This document shows, in pieces, positions 7,945 through 16,924 of a stretch of 64,000 nucleotides of DNA. The stretch lies in assembly GCA_001774685.1 (NCBI GenBank), contig MFAS01000001.1:223557-287556 (forward strand). Reading direction: 5' to 3'. The notes below the pieces were generated by a model. That model was not told the DNA's origin and did not search any database. It saw only the letters and a list, made by a program, of their open reading frames with translations. The position numbers and the translations under genes were made by a program. Source of the DNA: Candidatus Collierbacteria bacterium RIFOXYD2_FULL_45_13. Its GTDB lineage: Bacteria > Patescibacteriota > Microgenomatia > UBA1400 > MFAQ01. Every line of letters starts with the position of its first letter. Position 1 is the first letter of the stretch.

Positions 7945-10944
7945 TCAGGTTTCTTCGCTGTCAACCGTTACTGGCAGACCTTCCGGCCAGCAGTGATTTT
8001 TGAAGTCGCAAGTGTCACAAGTAGTGTAGTCCGTGGTCCGATCGAACTTCAAATCACGGATATCGGCCATTGAAGTCTTGATCACTTCTTTCAGTGTCTC
8101 CACTTCTTCCTCGGTGATATTAAAGTGTTCCCTCCTGAAAGCCCCGCTCTTTTCCGGCTCGATAAAATCGATCACCGTCTGTACCACTTTATACGGAAAT
8201 GACTTATCCAAGTCAGCAAGCAAAGTATAGAAGACGAGCTGGCGTTTGTAATCACCGTCCGAGTTCTTGGTATTCCCTTCTATCTCATTCCGGCTCTTCG
8301 GGGCGCCAGTTTTGTAATCGATAAATCTTACGTGTTTATCTTCTTTACTGGTGAGGTCCACACGGTCCGCCTTACCGGACAAGGGAATGTCACCGAGCAC
8401 CGCGGCCGAAGACAAACTATCCCCGAACTTCTTCTCGGTGAACAGACTCGGCGCAAATTCATTCTTGTACTGATCGTAATACCCCGACAAGATTTTCCGC
8501 CCGTGTTCCAAGCGGCTCTTGTACTCCGGCTCCGTCAGAACTTCTTTCCGGAGCGCCGCTTCGAAGTCGCCAATGAAGTCTTCTCTTGATTCCAACTTCT
8601 CTCCGTTATTTAGTTTCAAACACAGCCGCTCCAAGGCAAAGTGGACCGCTGTCCCAAAACACATGGCCGGGGCTTTCGCCCGCGGGATTCGGTACAAGTT
8701 ATCCAGTTTGAATTTGTACGGGCATTTCAGGAAAGTATTTAGGGCCGTTGGACTGAGTTTGAAATCTTTGATCAGTTCGAACAAGAACTCCTTCTCACCT
8801 TCGTGAATAGTGGGCACGGTCGGAATCTGCATCATGGACGCGAGGATCTTCGCCGCTTTTTTCTCCAGACTCGCAGTCTTTACTTTCTTGATCGCCCCGG
8901 TCGGTAGATCCGACAGGAAGAGTGACGGGTACATCATCTTCACCGACGAGGAATATTTCGTGGACCCCACGATATACAGCTGTTGCTTCGCCCGTGTCAT
9001 AGCCACATAAAATAGACGTCGCTCCTCCGCATTCTTGTCCTCCTTACTCACATCCTGTTCGTTTATTATCCCTGGTGGCAGTTTGATCATCTGACGTCTG
9101 CTGGTATTACCCCAATGAGTATCCGCAAAGCGGTAGATATAGACCAATTTCCATTCGAGCCCCTTGGCTTTGTGCGCCGTCGTCAGAGTGACTGCCTTCG
9201 CGTCCGACACCAGAGTTTGCTCGGGTAGTTTCAACCCGTTCTCTTCCATGACTCCCAGATTAAAAACATAACCGAATAAGTCGAGACCCGAAAAGGCCGT
9301 CGCCTGCGCTTTCGTGTCTTCATAAAGAGTCCCGAAACGGTTCAGTTCGATGATTGGCTGGGGGAGAGCCAAAATGTAATCGAGAAGCCCCGATTCCTGA
9401 AAAATAATCTGGAACATTTCCGGCAAAGTATGAGATGAAGAGCGTGAGTTCCATGACACCAGCAGGCCGAACGTCTTAATAATGTCATCGTCGATTTCCG
9501 GATTCGCGTCCTGCAAAGTGTCCACCAAAGATTCTCGATTCCGATGGGCGTAACGCGCCGCCCTCAAAATGGCCAGCGGTTTTAGACCAAGATAGGGATA
9601 GTTCAAGACGGTAAAGAGATCGATATCATCCACCGGACCGGAGAGCCCCGTCACCACTTTCAAAATGCGCAGGAACTGTGACACCAAGGGGGTCTTCAGT
9701 ACATCGGTCCCGCCCTCCAAGCGGTAGGGAAGATTCTTCTGTTTGAAGAGATTAATCAGATTATCAATATCCCGGTTCTCTTTGACGATCACCGCAATCT
9801 CCTCCGCCGGGATCCCGGCATTCAGCTTTTTCTTTATCGACCGGCAGATGAACTCATCTTCCAGAATTGAGGAATTGAACTTCGCCGTCTTCACCGGCAC
9901 ATCCCGGTACTTCACCTTCGGTACCAACGTTTCTTCTCCAATGAGAGCCGCCGAAGATGTAAGTAGCGTAGGGGTCGAGCGGTAGTTGTCCGTCAGCTTG
10001 ACTGTAGTAAAGCCCGGGAATCTTTTCCGAAACTGCAAGAGGTTTTCTTTACTGGCTCCCTGGAATCTAAAAATTGATTGGTTAGCGTCTCCTACGCAAA
10101 AGATATTTGCTTTGTCGCCCCAGAAAGAGGAAAGAGCAAACACCAGCCGGTTCTGCGCCGAGTTCGTATCCTGATATTCGTCCACCAGAATGTACTGAAA
10201 ATTTTCTTCATACTGCTGCAGAAAATCCGGGTCCGACTCGAACGCCTCTACCACCCAATTGATCATGTCTTCGAAATCCAGACGCCCGATGACCTTTAGT
10301 TTTTCCTGATATTTTTCGTAGATAAAAAGCAGATCGGTATTTTTCTTGATTAGCGTTTCTTTCTCTGTCCTCGCCGTCTTCGTCATGCCGTCCTTCTCCA
10401 TCTCGAATTCTTCTGTCAGGGTGGCGACGAGCTCTGCGAACCTTTTCAGAGTAATGCCCTCCCGCTTGAGAATCGAGATCGCGCCGATGATATCTTTGAT
10501 GTACATCTGAGGCGCATTCACCGGTTTCAATAGTTCAAATGTATTCTTCTCCAAAATCTCGCTGATAATATTCACCCTCTCCAGCTCGGTCACATTCTGC
10601 ATCCCTGCGGGACGGGCGAATCTGTCCGGATTGTCACTGATGATCTCGTTACACAGGGCGTGGAAGGTGCCGATCTTTACGTAATACCCATCCTGACCGA
10701 TTAGATCGATGAGACGTTCCTTCATTTCCCTTGCCGCCGCATCGGTATAGGTAAGGGCGAGAATTGAGGAGGGGTCGGTATCGGTTTCTTTCAGGACATT
10801 GGCGATCCGCACCGTCAGCACTTGCGTCTTCCCTGTCCCCGGCCCGGCCAAAACCAGCACCGGCCCCTCAATACTATCGACGGCCAGTTTCTGCGTCGGA
10901 TTTAACTTTTTGTAAGCACTTTCAAAAGCAACTGTTACAGGCAT
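7945..10944 (-). CDS. UvrD/PcrA-type SF1 helicase fused to a C-terminal PD-(D/E)XK nuclease (AdnAB/AddAB-like)
   Basis: AGPGTGKT, LVDEYQD, HKAKGLEW, EERRLFYVAMTRA; C-terminal CPYK...GKADRVD...IDYKTG...CDTCDFKNHC. Confidence 0.9.
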   Translation of the reverse strand: MPVTVAFESAYKKLNPTQKLAVDSIEGPVLVLAGPGTGKTQVLTVRIANVLKETDTDPSSILALTYTDAAAREMKERLIDLIGQDGYYVKIGTFHALCNEIISDNPDRFARPAGMQNVTELERVNIISEILEKNTFELLKPVNAPQMYIKDIIGAISILKREGITLKRFAELVATLTEEFEMEKDGMTKTARTEKETLIKKNTDLLFIYEKYQEKLKVIGRLDFEDMINWVVEAFESDPDFLQQYEENFQYILVDEYQDTNSAQNRLVFALSSFWGDKANIFCVGDANQSIFRFQGASKENLLQFRKRFPGFTTVKLTDNYRSTPTLLTSSAALIGEETLVPKVKYRDVPVKTAKFNSSILEDEFICRSIKKKLNAGIPAEEIAVIVKENRDIDNLINLFKQKNLPYRLEGGTDVLKTPLVSQFLRILKVVTGLSGPVDDIDLFTVLNYPYLGLKPLAILRAARYAHRNRESLVDTLQDANPEIDDDIIKTFGLLVSWNSRSSSHTLPEMFQIIFQESGLLDYILALPQPIIELNRFGTLYEDTKAQATAFSGLDLFGYVFNLGVMEENGLKLPEQTLVSDAKAVTLTTAHKAKGLEWKLVYIYRFADTHWGNTSRRQMIKLPPGIINEQDVSKEDKNAEERRLFYVAMTRAKQQLYIVGSTKYSSSVKMMYPSLFLSDLPTGAIKKVKTASLEKKAAKILASMMQIPTVPTIHEGEKEFLFELIKDFKLSPTALNTFLKCPYKFKLDNLYRIPRAKAPAMCFGTAVHFALERLCLKLNNGEKLESREDFIGDFEAALRKEVLTEPEYKSRLEHGRKILSGYYDQYKNEFAPSLFTEKKFGDSLSSAAVLGDIPLSGKADRVDLTSKEDKHVRFIDYKTGAPKSRNEIEGNTKNSDGDYKRQLVFYTLLADLDKSFPYKVVQTVIDFIEPEKSGAFRREHFNITEEEVETLKEVIKTSMADIRDLKFDRTTDYTTCDTCDFKNHCWPEGLPVTVDSEET

Positions 10945-10980
10945 GACTTATTGTATATCGTTATATCATTAATCTTACTT

Positions 10981-11580
10981 ATGGATATTACCCTCGCCAA
11001 GAAACATCTCCAAAAAGATCCCCAGCTGAAACCTCTTTTGGAAAGGTATACGATTGAAGCTAGAGGTATATCTGCCGATCTTTTTCGTGATCTCCTGGAG
11101 TCCATCATCGGTCAACAGCTCTCCGTCAAAGCCGCCGACACTATCATTCAGCGCTTTATAAACCTTTTTGCGGACGCGAAGAATATTAGGCCCGAAGACG
11201 TCCTCGGCCAAGATGATGTCACTCTTCGGTCTGTCGGTCTTTCCCGTCAAAAGATATCCTATCTCCGGTCTCTTTCCGAATTCATTGTTTCTGAAAAAAT
11301 AATCCTGAACGCCCTCAAGGATCAGCCGGACGAACTGGTAATTACCAGTCTGACGGCGGTCAAGGGTATTGGTCGCTGGACCGCCGAGATGGTTTTAATA
11401 TTTTCACTTGGAAGAGAAGATATTTTTTCTGTAGGGGATCTCGGGCTACGCACCGCCGTCTCCCGGATCTATGGTGTGGATCGTGAAGATAAAACCAAAA
11501 TCGAAAAAATCTCTCAAACCTGGAGCCCTTTCCGGTCAGTTGCCAGCCTCTATCTCTGGCGAAGCCTCGACAACAAATAG
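10981..11580 (+). CDS. alkA: DNA-3-methyladenine glycosylase II (AlkA/HhH-GPD)
   Basis: IIGQQLS, HhH motif VKGIGRWTAEM, GDLG, WSPFRS. Confidence 0.88.
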   Translation: MDITLAKKHLQKDPQLKPLLERYTIEARGISADLFRDLLESIIGQQLSVKAADTIIQRFINLFADAKNIRPEDVLGQDDVTLRSVGLSRQKISYLRSLSEFIVSEKIILNALKDQPDELVITSLTAVKGIGRWTAEMVLIFSLGREDIFSVGDLGLRTAVSRIYGVDREDKTKIEKISQTWSPFRSVASLYLWRSLDNK

Positions 11581-12048
11581 AGGAGTATGCTCTGTTCGTC
11601 TTCTTTGCATGGCGCTTCCAGGTTTCTGTTCTTGATATCGAGGACCTCTCCGGCGAAACATTACCTCATCCAGACCCAAGACTCCAATCGCATAGATCAC
11701 TATCGATATGGTTAGTACCAATCCAAGCAACACCAACACGGGATTCTTTCTGTACGAAAAGTCGAACCGCCTCAAAAGAGTAATTCCCAGGGCTACGCTA
11801 ATGATGGCCAGCGGAACAAACCAAAGTGGCAGGACGGCGACCAGTTCGTTCCAACGATATGCTCCCATTGGCCCGTGACTTTTCAGCAAGAATCTTCCAA
11901 GAGAAGATATATAAATGATGGATAGCAAAGATCCAACCAGCCCGAGAATAGAAAATAATCCACCCAGAACAAAATATATCTTAGGCCTAATCTTAATGGC
12001 ACCGCTTTCCACTTTTTCCATAACCTCATTTTTTATTGTTTTTTGCAT
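11536..12048 (-). CDS. membrane protein, probable anti-sigma factor
   Basis: Overlaps the 3' end of the ECF sigma gene; three TM segments. Confidence 0.55.
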   Translation of the reverse strand: MQKTIKNEVMEKVESGAIKIRPKIYFVLGGLFSILGLVGSLLSIIYISSLGRFLLKSHGPMGAYRWNELVAVLPLWFVPLAIISVALGITLLRRFDFSYRKNPVLVLLGLVLTISIVIYAIGVLGLDEVMFRRRGPRYQEQKPGSAMQRRRTEHTPLFVVEASPEIEAGN

Positions 12049-12563
12049 ATTTGCTTCATTAATTTTTTTGCCCTACTGATTCTGATAGCTACTGTTCCTT
12101 CTGGGATTCTCAAGATGTCGCTGATCTCCCGGTAAGTTTTCTCTTCTAGATAATATAATGCTAATGGTTCCGAATACTTCAACTTGAGGTTGTCAAGACA
12201 GTCAGACACCATTTTGATTTTTTCTTTGTACATCATTTCCTCTTCCAGATCTTGTCCGCTTGGCCAATCAAAGTCCGGCAACATCGGTAGAAATCTCCAA
12301 CGATTTCTCATGGAATTCATAGACATATTGTGAACAATCCGGTAGATCCAGCTAGAAAACTTTTTGTCCCTCCTAAATCCGTTTAGATTTTTATAAGCAC
12401 TGATAAAGCTGTCTTGTACGACGTCCTGAGCTTCATCTGTATCGTGAACCAAGTAAGTTGCATATCTCAAAAGTTTTTCCTGGTACCTATCCACGATTGA
12501 AGCAAAAAGGGTCTTGTTACCCAAGACAACTTCCCCAACTATTTGTTCGTCAGATAACTTCAT
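12033..12563 (-). CDS. ECF sigma-70 factor
   Basis: DEAQDVVQDSF, FSSWIYRI (region 2); YREISDIL.IPEGTVAIRISRAK (region 4). Confidence 0.92.
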   Translation of the reverse strand: MKLSDEQIVGEVVLGNKTLFASIVDRYQEKLLRYATYLVHDTDEAQDVVQDSFISAYKNLNGFRRDKKFSSWIYRIVHNMSMNSMRNRWRFLPMLPDFDWPSGQDLEEEMMYKEKIKMVSDCLDNLKLKYSEPLALYYLEEKTYREISDILRIPEGTVAIRISRAKKLMKQICKKQ

Positions 12564-12577
12564 ATGTTCCACATTAA

Positions 12578-12606
12578 TAATACAATCAACTCCCCCAACT
12601 TCTTTC
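12578..12606 (-). promoter_or_regulatory. candidate ECF-dependent promoter GAAAGAA-N16-GTATTA
   Basis: Same motif and spacing also at 13047-13075. Confidence 0.5.
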
Positions 12607-12614
12607 AAAAACGC

Positions 12615-12637
12615 CAAATCCCGGTCTCCCGGGATTT
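12615..12637. terminator. hairpin/terminator between the secreted-protein gene and the sigma gene
   Basis: AAATCCCGG/CCGGGATTT inverted repeat. Confidence 0.55.
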
Positions 12638-12658
12638 AGTCGTCATGCTCTGGTAGCT

Positions 12659-13024
12659 TTACCTATTTCTGCCCATACCTCTTCCTTGTCCGGATCCTCT
12701 CTGTAGGTTCAACCCGAGGTTGGTTCTAATCGCGTTTGACTCATCAAGCCTTCCGGCTTCTGCCAGCTGGTGAGCTTTGGCAAACTCGGCAAAGTTGTCT
12801 TTGTTCACTATCTCAGAAACTCTACCACGCCCACCTATTTGAGTCTTCCAGGCCTCGTAGTTGTTAGTCTCAAAAGCCTTTTCCATGGCTTCGTGTCTCT
12901 CAGCACTGTAGTTAGGCCCTTGGATGGCAGGGTTGCCTCTATAGGCCAGAGCTCTACTTGCGTAGACTCCTCCGGCGAGTAATGTTAATACCAGTGAACT
13001 TCCAATTATTATGTTTTTATTCAT
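12659..13024 (-). CDS. small secreted helical protein
   Basis: Signal peptide ending ALA, AGGAGG SD, Gly/Arg-rich tail. Confidence 0.75.
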   Translation of the reverse strand: MNKNIIIGSSLVLTLLAGGVYASRALAYRGNPAIQGPNYSAERHEAMEKAFETNNYEAWKTQIGGRGRVSEIVNKDNFAEFAKAHQLAEAGRLDESNAIRTNLGLNLQRGSGQGRGMGRNR

Positions 13025-13046
13025 TTTGTTCACCTCCTTTCATTGT

Positions 13047-13075
13047 TAATACACATTCCTTCTATGTTTTCTTTC
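13047..13075 (-). promoter_or_regulatory. candidate ECF-dependent promoter GAAAGAA-N16-GTATTA
   Basis: Same motif and spacing also at 12578-12606. Confidence 0.5.
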
Positions 13076-13095
13076 GCATTTGCTATATTTAGTCC

Positions 13096-14010
13096 ATGTC
13101 CAACAAAGAAAACGATCGTAACTTGGAAATTAAGACCCCCGAGGGATACTTGCCTGTCGTCAAACCAGAAGTTTTTGAAACGAAACAAGGACTCGTCTAT
13201 CTCCAGTCTCCCGGTATTGCTGTTATATCGGTACCTTCTGTAGACCTCCGTGGAATTCAAGGTTTCCTTGATGGCTTCCCAGAAGAGTTGGGCTTCAGTG
13301 ATTTTTTGAAAGATCCGACACCTCTGCCTTCTGCCGAAACATTATGTAAGTTTGCCGGTCAGCTTTGTTACGAAAGTTTCGGTCCCAATCGCACGGTCAA
13401 CGAATATGCCGTTAAATATTTTGAAAACATTATGGAGTCCGGTCACGGATCCGTTCTCGAACACGCCAACGTCACCATGCTCTGGTGGGGAATCTCTCGC
13501 AGTCTGACTCACGAACTGGTCCGCCATCGCGCCGGTTTTGGTTTCTCGCAAGTTTCTCAAAGATATGTCGGTGGCAAAACCTTAAGATTTGTTGAAAGAC
13601 CGGAATACGCAGGTGACCCTTATCTTCATAAATTATTTGAAGATAGGATAGACAGGGCTCAGCAAGAATATGAAGCCATGACGGACTATTTGGTTGCCAA
13701 ACAAAAAGAAGGTGCTGAAATTCTCGGTGCCGAACACAAAACCGATCTCCGAAAAAAAGTTCGTCAAGCAGCCAGGTCATTGCTACCAAATGAAACTGAA
13801 GCCCCAGTTGTGGTCACCGCCAACATTCGAGCTTGGCGCCATTTTCTGAACATGCGAGGCAGTGAACATGCCGAAACGGAAATTAGACGTGCCGCCTTTG
13901 AAAGTTATCGTTGTCTCTCTCGGATAGCACCACTCCTCTTTGGAGACTTTAAAGTCGTTCATCTTCACGATGGCACTCACGGGCTTTCCACACCATTTCC
14001 AAAAGTTTAA
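13096..14010 (+). CDS. thyX: FAD-dependent thymidylate synthase
   Basis: GHGSVLEH, HELVRHR...SQVSQRY, ARSLLPN. Confidence 0.95.
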   Translation: MSNKENDRNLEIKTPEGYLPVVKPEVFETKQGLVYLQSPGIAVISVPSVDLRGIQGFLDGFPEELGFSDFLKDPTPLPSAETLCKFAGQLCYESFGPNRTVNEYAVKYFENIMESGHGSVLEHANVTMLWWGISRSLTHELVRHRAGFGFSQVSQRYVGGKTLRFVERPEYAGDPYLHKLFEDRIDRAQQEYEAMTDYLVAKQKEGAEILGAEHKTDLRKKVRQAARSLLPNETEAPVVVTANIRAWRHFLNMRGSEHAETEIRRAAFESYRCLSRIAPLLFGDFKVVHLHDGTHGLSTPFPKV

Positions 14011-15077
14011 GATCTATTTCCAAATGATGGAGATACCGCAAAAGGTATTTCTTCCCAGTCCTTGACTTTTCTGACTTTGAGATTTTTTCCCCAGACGGCA
14101 TCCAGTATCTTGGTATCTACCCCCTTGCTCTTGGCCATCGCTCTCAGTGCCAGCAGATCTTTGGGGAAGCATTTACCTCCAAAGCCTCTCAAGGTCGTAA
14201 TGTCCAGATGCCCGTCCAGAATCCTTTTATCCGCCACCACCATTTTCTTCACCTCTTCATATTTAATTCCCAGCTTTTCGCAGATCTCGCACATTTCATT
14301 GGCAAATATTACTTTTGTGGCTAAGAAACAATTGGCCATGTACTTCACCATCTCAGCCGAAGTTGGGTCGGTTTGGAAAATTGGCGCCAGTGGCAGTACC
14401 GCCTGATACATCGCCGAGACTCTCCTTGAGACTTGATCGTTGGTCGCTCCTATGACCAATCTGTCGGTATTTACAAAATCTTGCAAGAACGAGGCCTCCC
14501 TCAAAAACTCAGGGTTAAAACAAAACAGGTTCTTGGGATATTTATTGATGTAGCCCATTGTCGTACCCGGCACCACCGTCGATTTGATCAGAATTATTTT
14601 GTCTGTCCCCTTCGTCAATTTGGCCAGATCGTGAATACTTTCGTCCATGATTGAAAGATCGATACCCGACTCATCTTCTCTGATGGGTGTCGGTAAACAC
14701 ACGAAAATATAGTCGGAATTCCCAGCCACTTCGGGTAAAGATTCGAAGTCCTTATATTTATCGTAAATATGTACTTCGTGATTGGAAAAACCGTACTCCA
14801 CTGCCTGTCCCACAAAGCCATATCCAATAATCCCTATCCGGAAACTTCTTTTGGTTTTGGTATTGGCACTTTGGGTCACCGGCATAATTCCTCGCGCCCC
14901 GGAATTTTGCTGTAATCTCCCTTTATCAATCAGAGACTTAATATATTGATGAATGGTGGGCACACTTCTTTTGAACTTTTTGGCTATCTCTTCCAGCGTT
15001 GGAGAGAACTGATTATTCCGATAATATTCTTCTATGAAATCTAAAATCTGCTTTTGTTTTGGGGTTATACCTAACAT
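14007..15077 (-). CDS. LexA-type winged HTH fused to a UDP-glucose/GDP-mannose dehydrogenase family domain
   Basis: N-terminal TPKQKQILDFI...SPTLEEIA...L.DKG; then GYGFVG, CLPTP, KSTVVPGT, NPEFLRE, GFGGKCFPKD. Confidence 0.85.
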   Translation of the reverse strand: MLGITPKQKQILDFIEEYYRNNQFSPTLEEIAKKFKRSVPTIHQYIKSLIDKGRLQQNSGARGIMPVTQSANTKTKRSFRIGIIGYGFVGQAVEYGFSNHEVHIYDKYKDFESLPEVAGNSDYIFVCLPTPIREDESGIDLSIMDESIHDLAKLTKGTDKIILIKSTVVPGTTMGYINKYPKNLFCFNPEFLREASFLQDFVNTDRLVIGATNDQVSRRVSAMYQAVLPLAPIFQTDPTSAEMVKYMANCFLATKVIFANEMCEICEKLGIKYEEVKKMVVADKRILDGHLDITTLRGFGGKCFPKDLLALRAMAKSKGVDTKILDAVWGKNLKVRKVKDWEEIPFAVSPSFGNRS

Positions 15078-15078
15078 A

Positions 15079-15132
15079 TTACTAATAATTTACTAATAAA
15101 ATCATCATAAACATAAATGCCTTTACTGTCAA
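15079..15132 (-). promoter_or_regulatory. sigma70 promoter with a downstream tandem repeat (candidate operator)
   Basis: TTGACA-17-TATGAT, then TTATTAGTAA twice directly before the ATG. Confidence 0.65.
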
Positions 15133-15153
15133 ATGAAGGTTAGGGTCTTTTTA

Positions 15154-15945
15154 CTACTTAAACGGGCCTCGTAATTTCTCCGGCATTATCTGTGCTATTT
15201 TGGACATCGCTTCTATCGCCGCCAAGTTTGATTCAAAAGTCGAAATTAAAAATGGCTGCCCGACCCTCACCTCAATTTCCTTGTCATCTTCTTCCCAAAT
15301 TGCCACCGGCACCGTCGATATTCCAACCTTGGTAGCCAAAACCGCTAACTTCCCCGACCCGTCATGATAGGTATCCACTCGCGATATCACCCCTTCATCT
15401 TCCACGTGTCCTTCGGGCGAAATGACTACAATACTATTTTCTTTGAAGGCTCTCATGATTTTTCTAACCGCGACCGTTCTTCCGGACACAAAATCTTTTC
15501 GGTCTTCCGTATTGGGAACCGAGATAATATTATTCGAATACATTTGATGAAATCTTTTTAGTAGAGAGACAGATCCGGGCACCGCTCTTTTGCCTACATA
15601 GTTTTCTGTCGTCATCGGAATCTCCGATCCCATGGCAAGCTTCATTTGTTGCCCGCTATTTTCATTTATGCCTACTATTAGTTTCAGCATCGCCGGCAGT
15701 AAGGTGTCCATATTCGGATGGTTGAAGACGATCAAACACCCCACATTTCTTGGCATATTTTCTAAACCCATGAGATTCACTTGATTCTCCGACTCCAGTT
15801 CTCTCAGTAGCCTTTTGGCATCGGATACGATATCTCTTCCTGTTTCTCCTCTTAGCATTCCGTCAATTAGTTCCTTAATCAGCCCGGCTCTATAAAAAGA
15901 ACCTACGATTTCCGGCAATTTCCCCAGCTCGGGCGCAAGTGGCAT
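15154..15945 (-). CDS. PlsC-like (lysophospholipid) acyltransferase
   Basis: FNHPNMD and ISPEG blocks, G..KLA, TVPVAI. Confidence 0.6.
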   Translation of the reverse strand: MPLAPELGKLPEIVGSFYRAGLIKELIDGMLRGETGRDIVSDAKRLLRELESENQVNLMGLENMPRNVGCLIVFNHPNMDTLLPAMLKLIVGINENSGQQMKLAMGSEIPMTTENYVGKRAVPGSVSLLKRFHQMYSNNIISVPNTEDRKDFVSGRTVAVRKIMRAFKENSIVVISPEGHVEDEGVISRVDTYHDGSGKLAVLATKVGISTVPVAIWEEDDKEIEVRVGQPFLISTFESNLAAIEAMSKIAQIMPEKLRGPFK

Positions 15946-15964
15946 TTGTAGCCTTAATGATACC

Positions 15965-15991
15965 AAAAAGCCGGGTGCTCATGACACCCGG
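15965..15991 (-). terminator. intrinsic terminator of the GNAT gene
   Basis: CCGGGTG/CACCCGG stem plus T5 on the minus strand. Confidence 0.7.
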
Positions 15992-16001
15992 AATAATTAA
16001 T

Positions 16002-16646
16002 TTACGGAAAGACCACTTCTCGTCTCGCCGTCTCCAGCGCGACTTTGGCTTTTTCGACACCCTCTATCAACCTTTCCGGCAGACCGCCGGGGAAGAGAAT
16101 ATTCACCATACCCGGATGGATCCATTTCAGGTGATGTGTATCCAGCCACCGTCCGGCTCGAGGCACCGCCACCGGCTCGGTCCCCCAGATCGAGTACCCC
16201 ATTCTTTCCAGAGCCTTTCTGGAAGCTTCGTTCTCGACTCTCACCGAACTGCGTAGGGTAAAGCAGTTCAAATAGTCGGCCGCAAACATAGTTCTTCCCA
16301 GATGAGCGGCAGAGGCCACCCCTTTACCCCACCAGGTTGGATCCCAGACAATAATGCCGGAAGAACACGAATTGTTTCTTCCTGACAAATCATGCAGGGC
16401 CGTTACTCCCACCACCACCTCGGATCCGTCAGGCTGGATTCCCCAGACGCAACTATCCGGATCTTTGCGATTCTTTTCATACCACTCAACCTCATTTTCG
16501 AGGGTCTGGGCGAAAAGCCCCTTGGTGTACATATGGATCTTCATCGAAGAAAAATGTTTGACGAGCTCAGGCAGATCGTCTTTACATAGGGCACGCAGTG
16601 TCACACCTTGGCCTTTGTGAGAAACCTTCATCGTTATACCGTACAT
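16002..16646 (-). CDS. RimJ/RimL-type GNAT N-acetyltransferase
   Basis: WWGKGVAS AcCoA motif, NEASRKALERMGY; AGGAGG SD before ATG 16646. Confidence 0.85.
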   Translation of the reverse strand: MYGITMKVSHKGQGVTLRALCKDDLPELVKHFSSMKIHMYTKGLFAQTLENEVEWYEKNRKDPDSCVWGIQPDGSEVVVGVTALHDLSGRNNSCSSGIIVWDPTWWGKGVASAAHLGRTMFAADYLNCFTLRSSVRVENEASRKALERMGYSIWGTEPVAVPRAGRWLDTHHLKWIHPGMVNILFPGGLPERLIEGVEKAKVALETARREVVFP

Positions 16647-16741
16647 AGCTACCTCCTGACAATTTAATGTTCCGGCCAAGCTCACTACTCATGAGATAGT
16701 TAGTTTGGCCGGCTAAAACTCCAAGAGGGGGTGAAAAACCG

Positions 16742-16764
16742 AAAAAGCCTCCGCTTGGAGGCTT
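16742..16764 (-). terminator. terminator within the GNAT leader (candidate attenuator)
   Basis: AAGCCTCC-AAGC-GGAGGCTT followed by T-tracts on the minus strand. Confidence 0.7.
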
Positions 16765-16786
16765 AAACAGCAAACTAAATCTGCTC

Positions 16787-16870
16787 TTATGCCCCCGTTT
16801 GGGTATCAAAATCGACACCCATTTCATGGGTGGTCGGTTTTGAGGCAATGAGGCACAAATTTCTAAACAT
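16787..16870 (-). CDS. candidate 27-aa leader peptide MFRNLCLIASKPTTHEMGVDFDTQTGA
   Basis: ATG 6 nt after TGGTATAAT; stop 22 nt before the leader terminator. Confidence 0.45.
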   Translation of the reverse strand: MFRNLCLIASKPTTHEMGVDFDTQTGA

Positions 16871-16924
16871 AAAGAAATTATACCATACTATAAGTCAAAA
16901 TCCATCTTGGGGTAGAATAATCTC

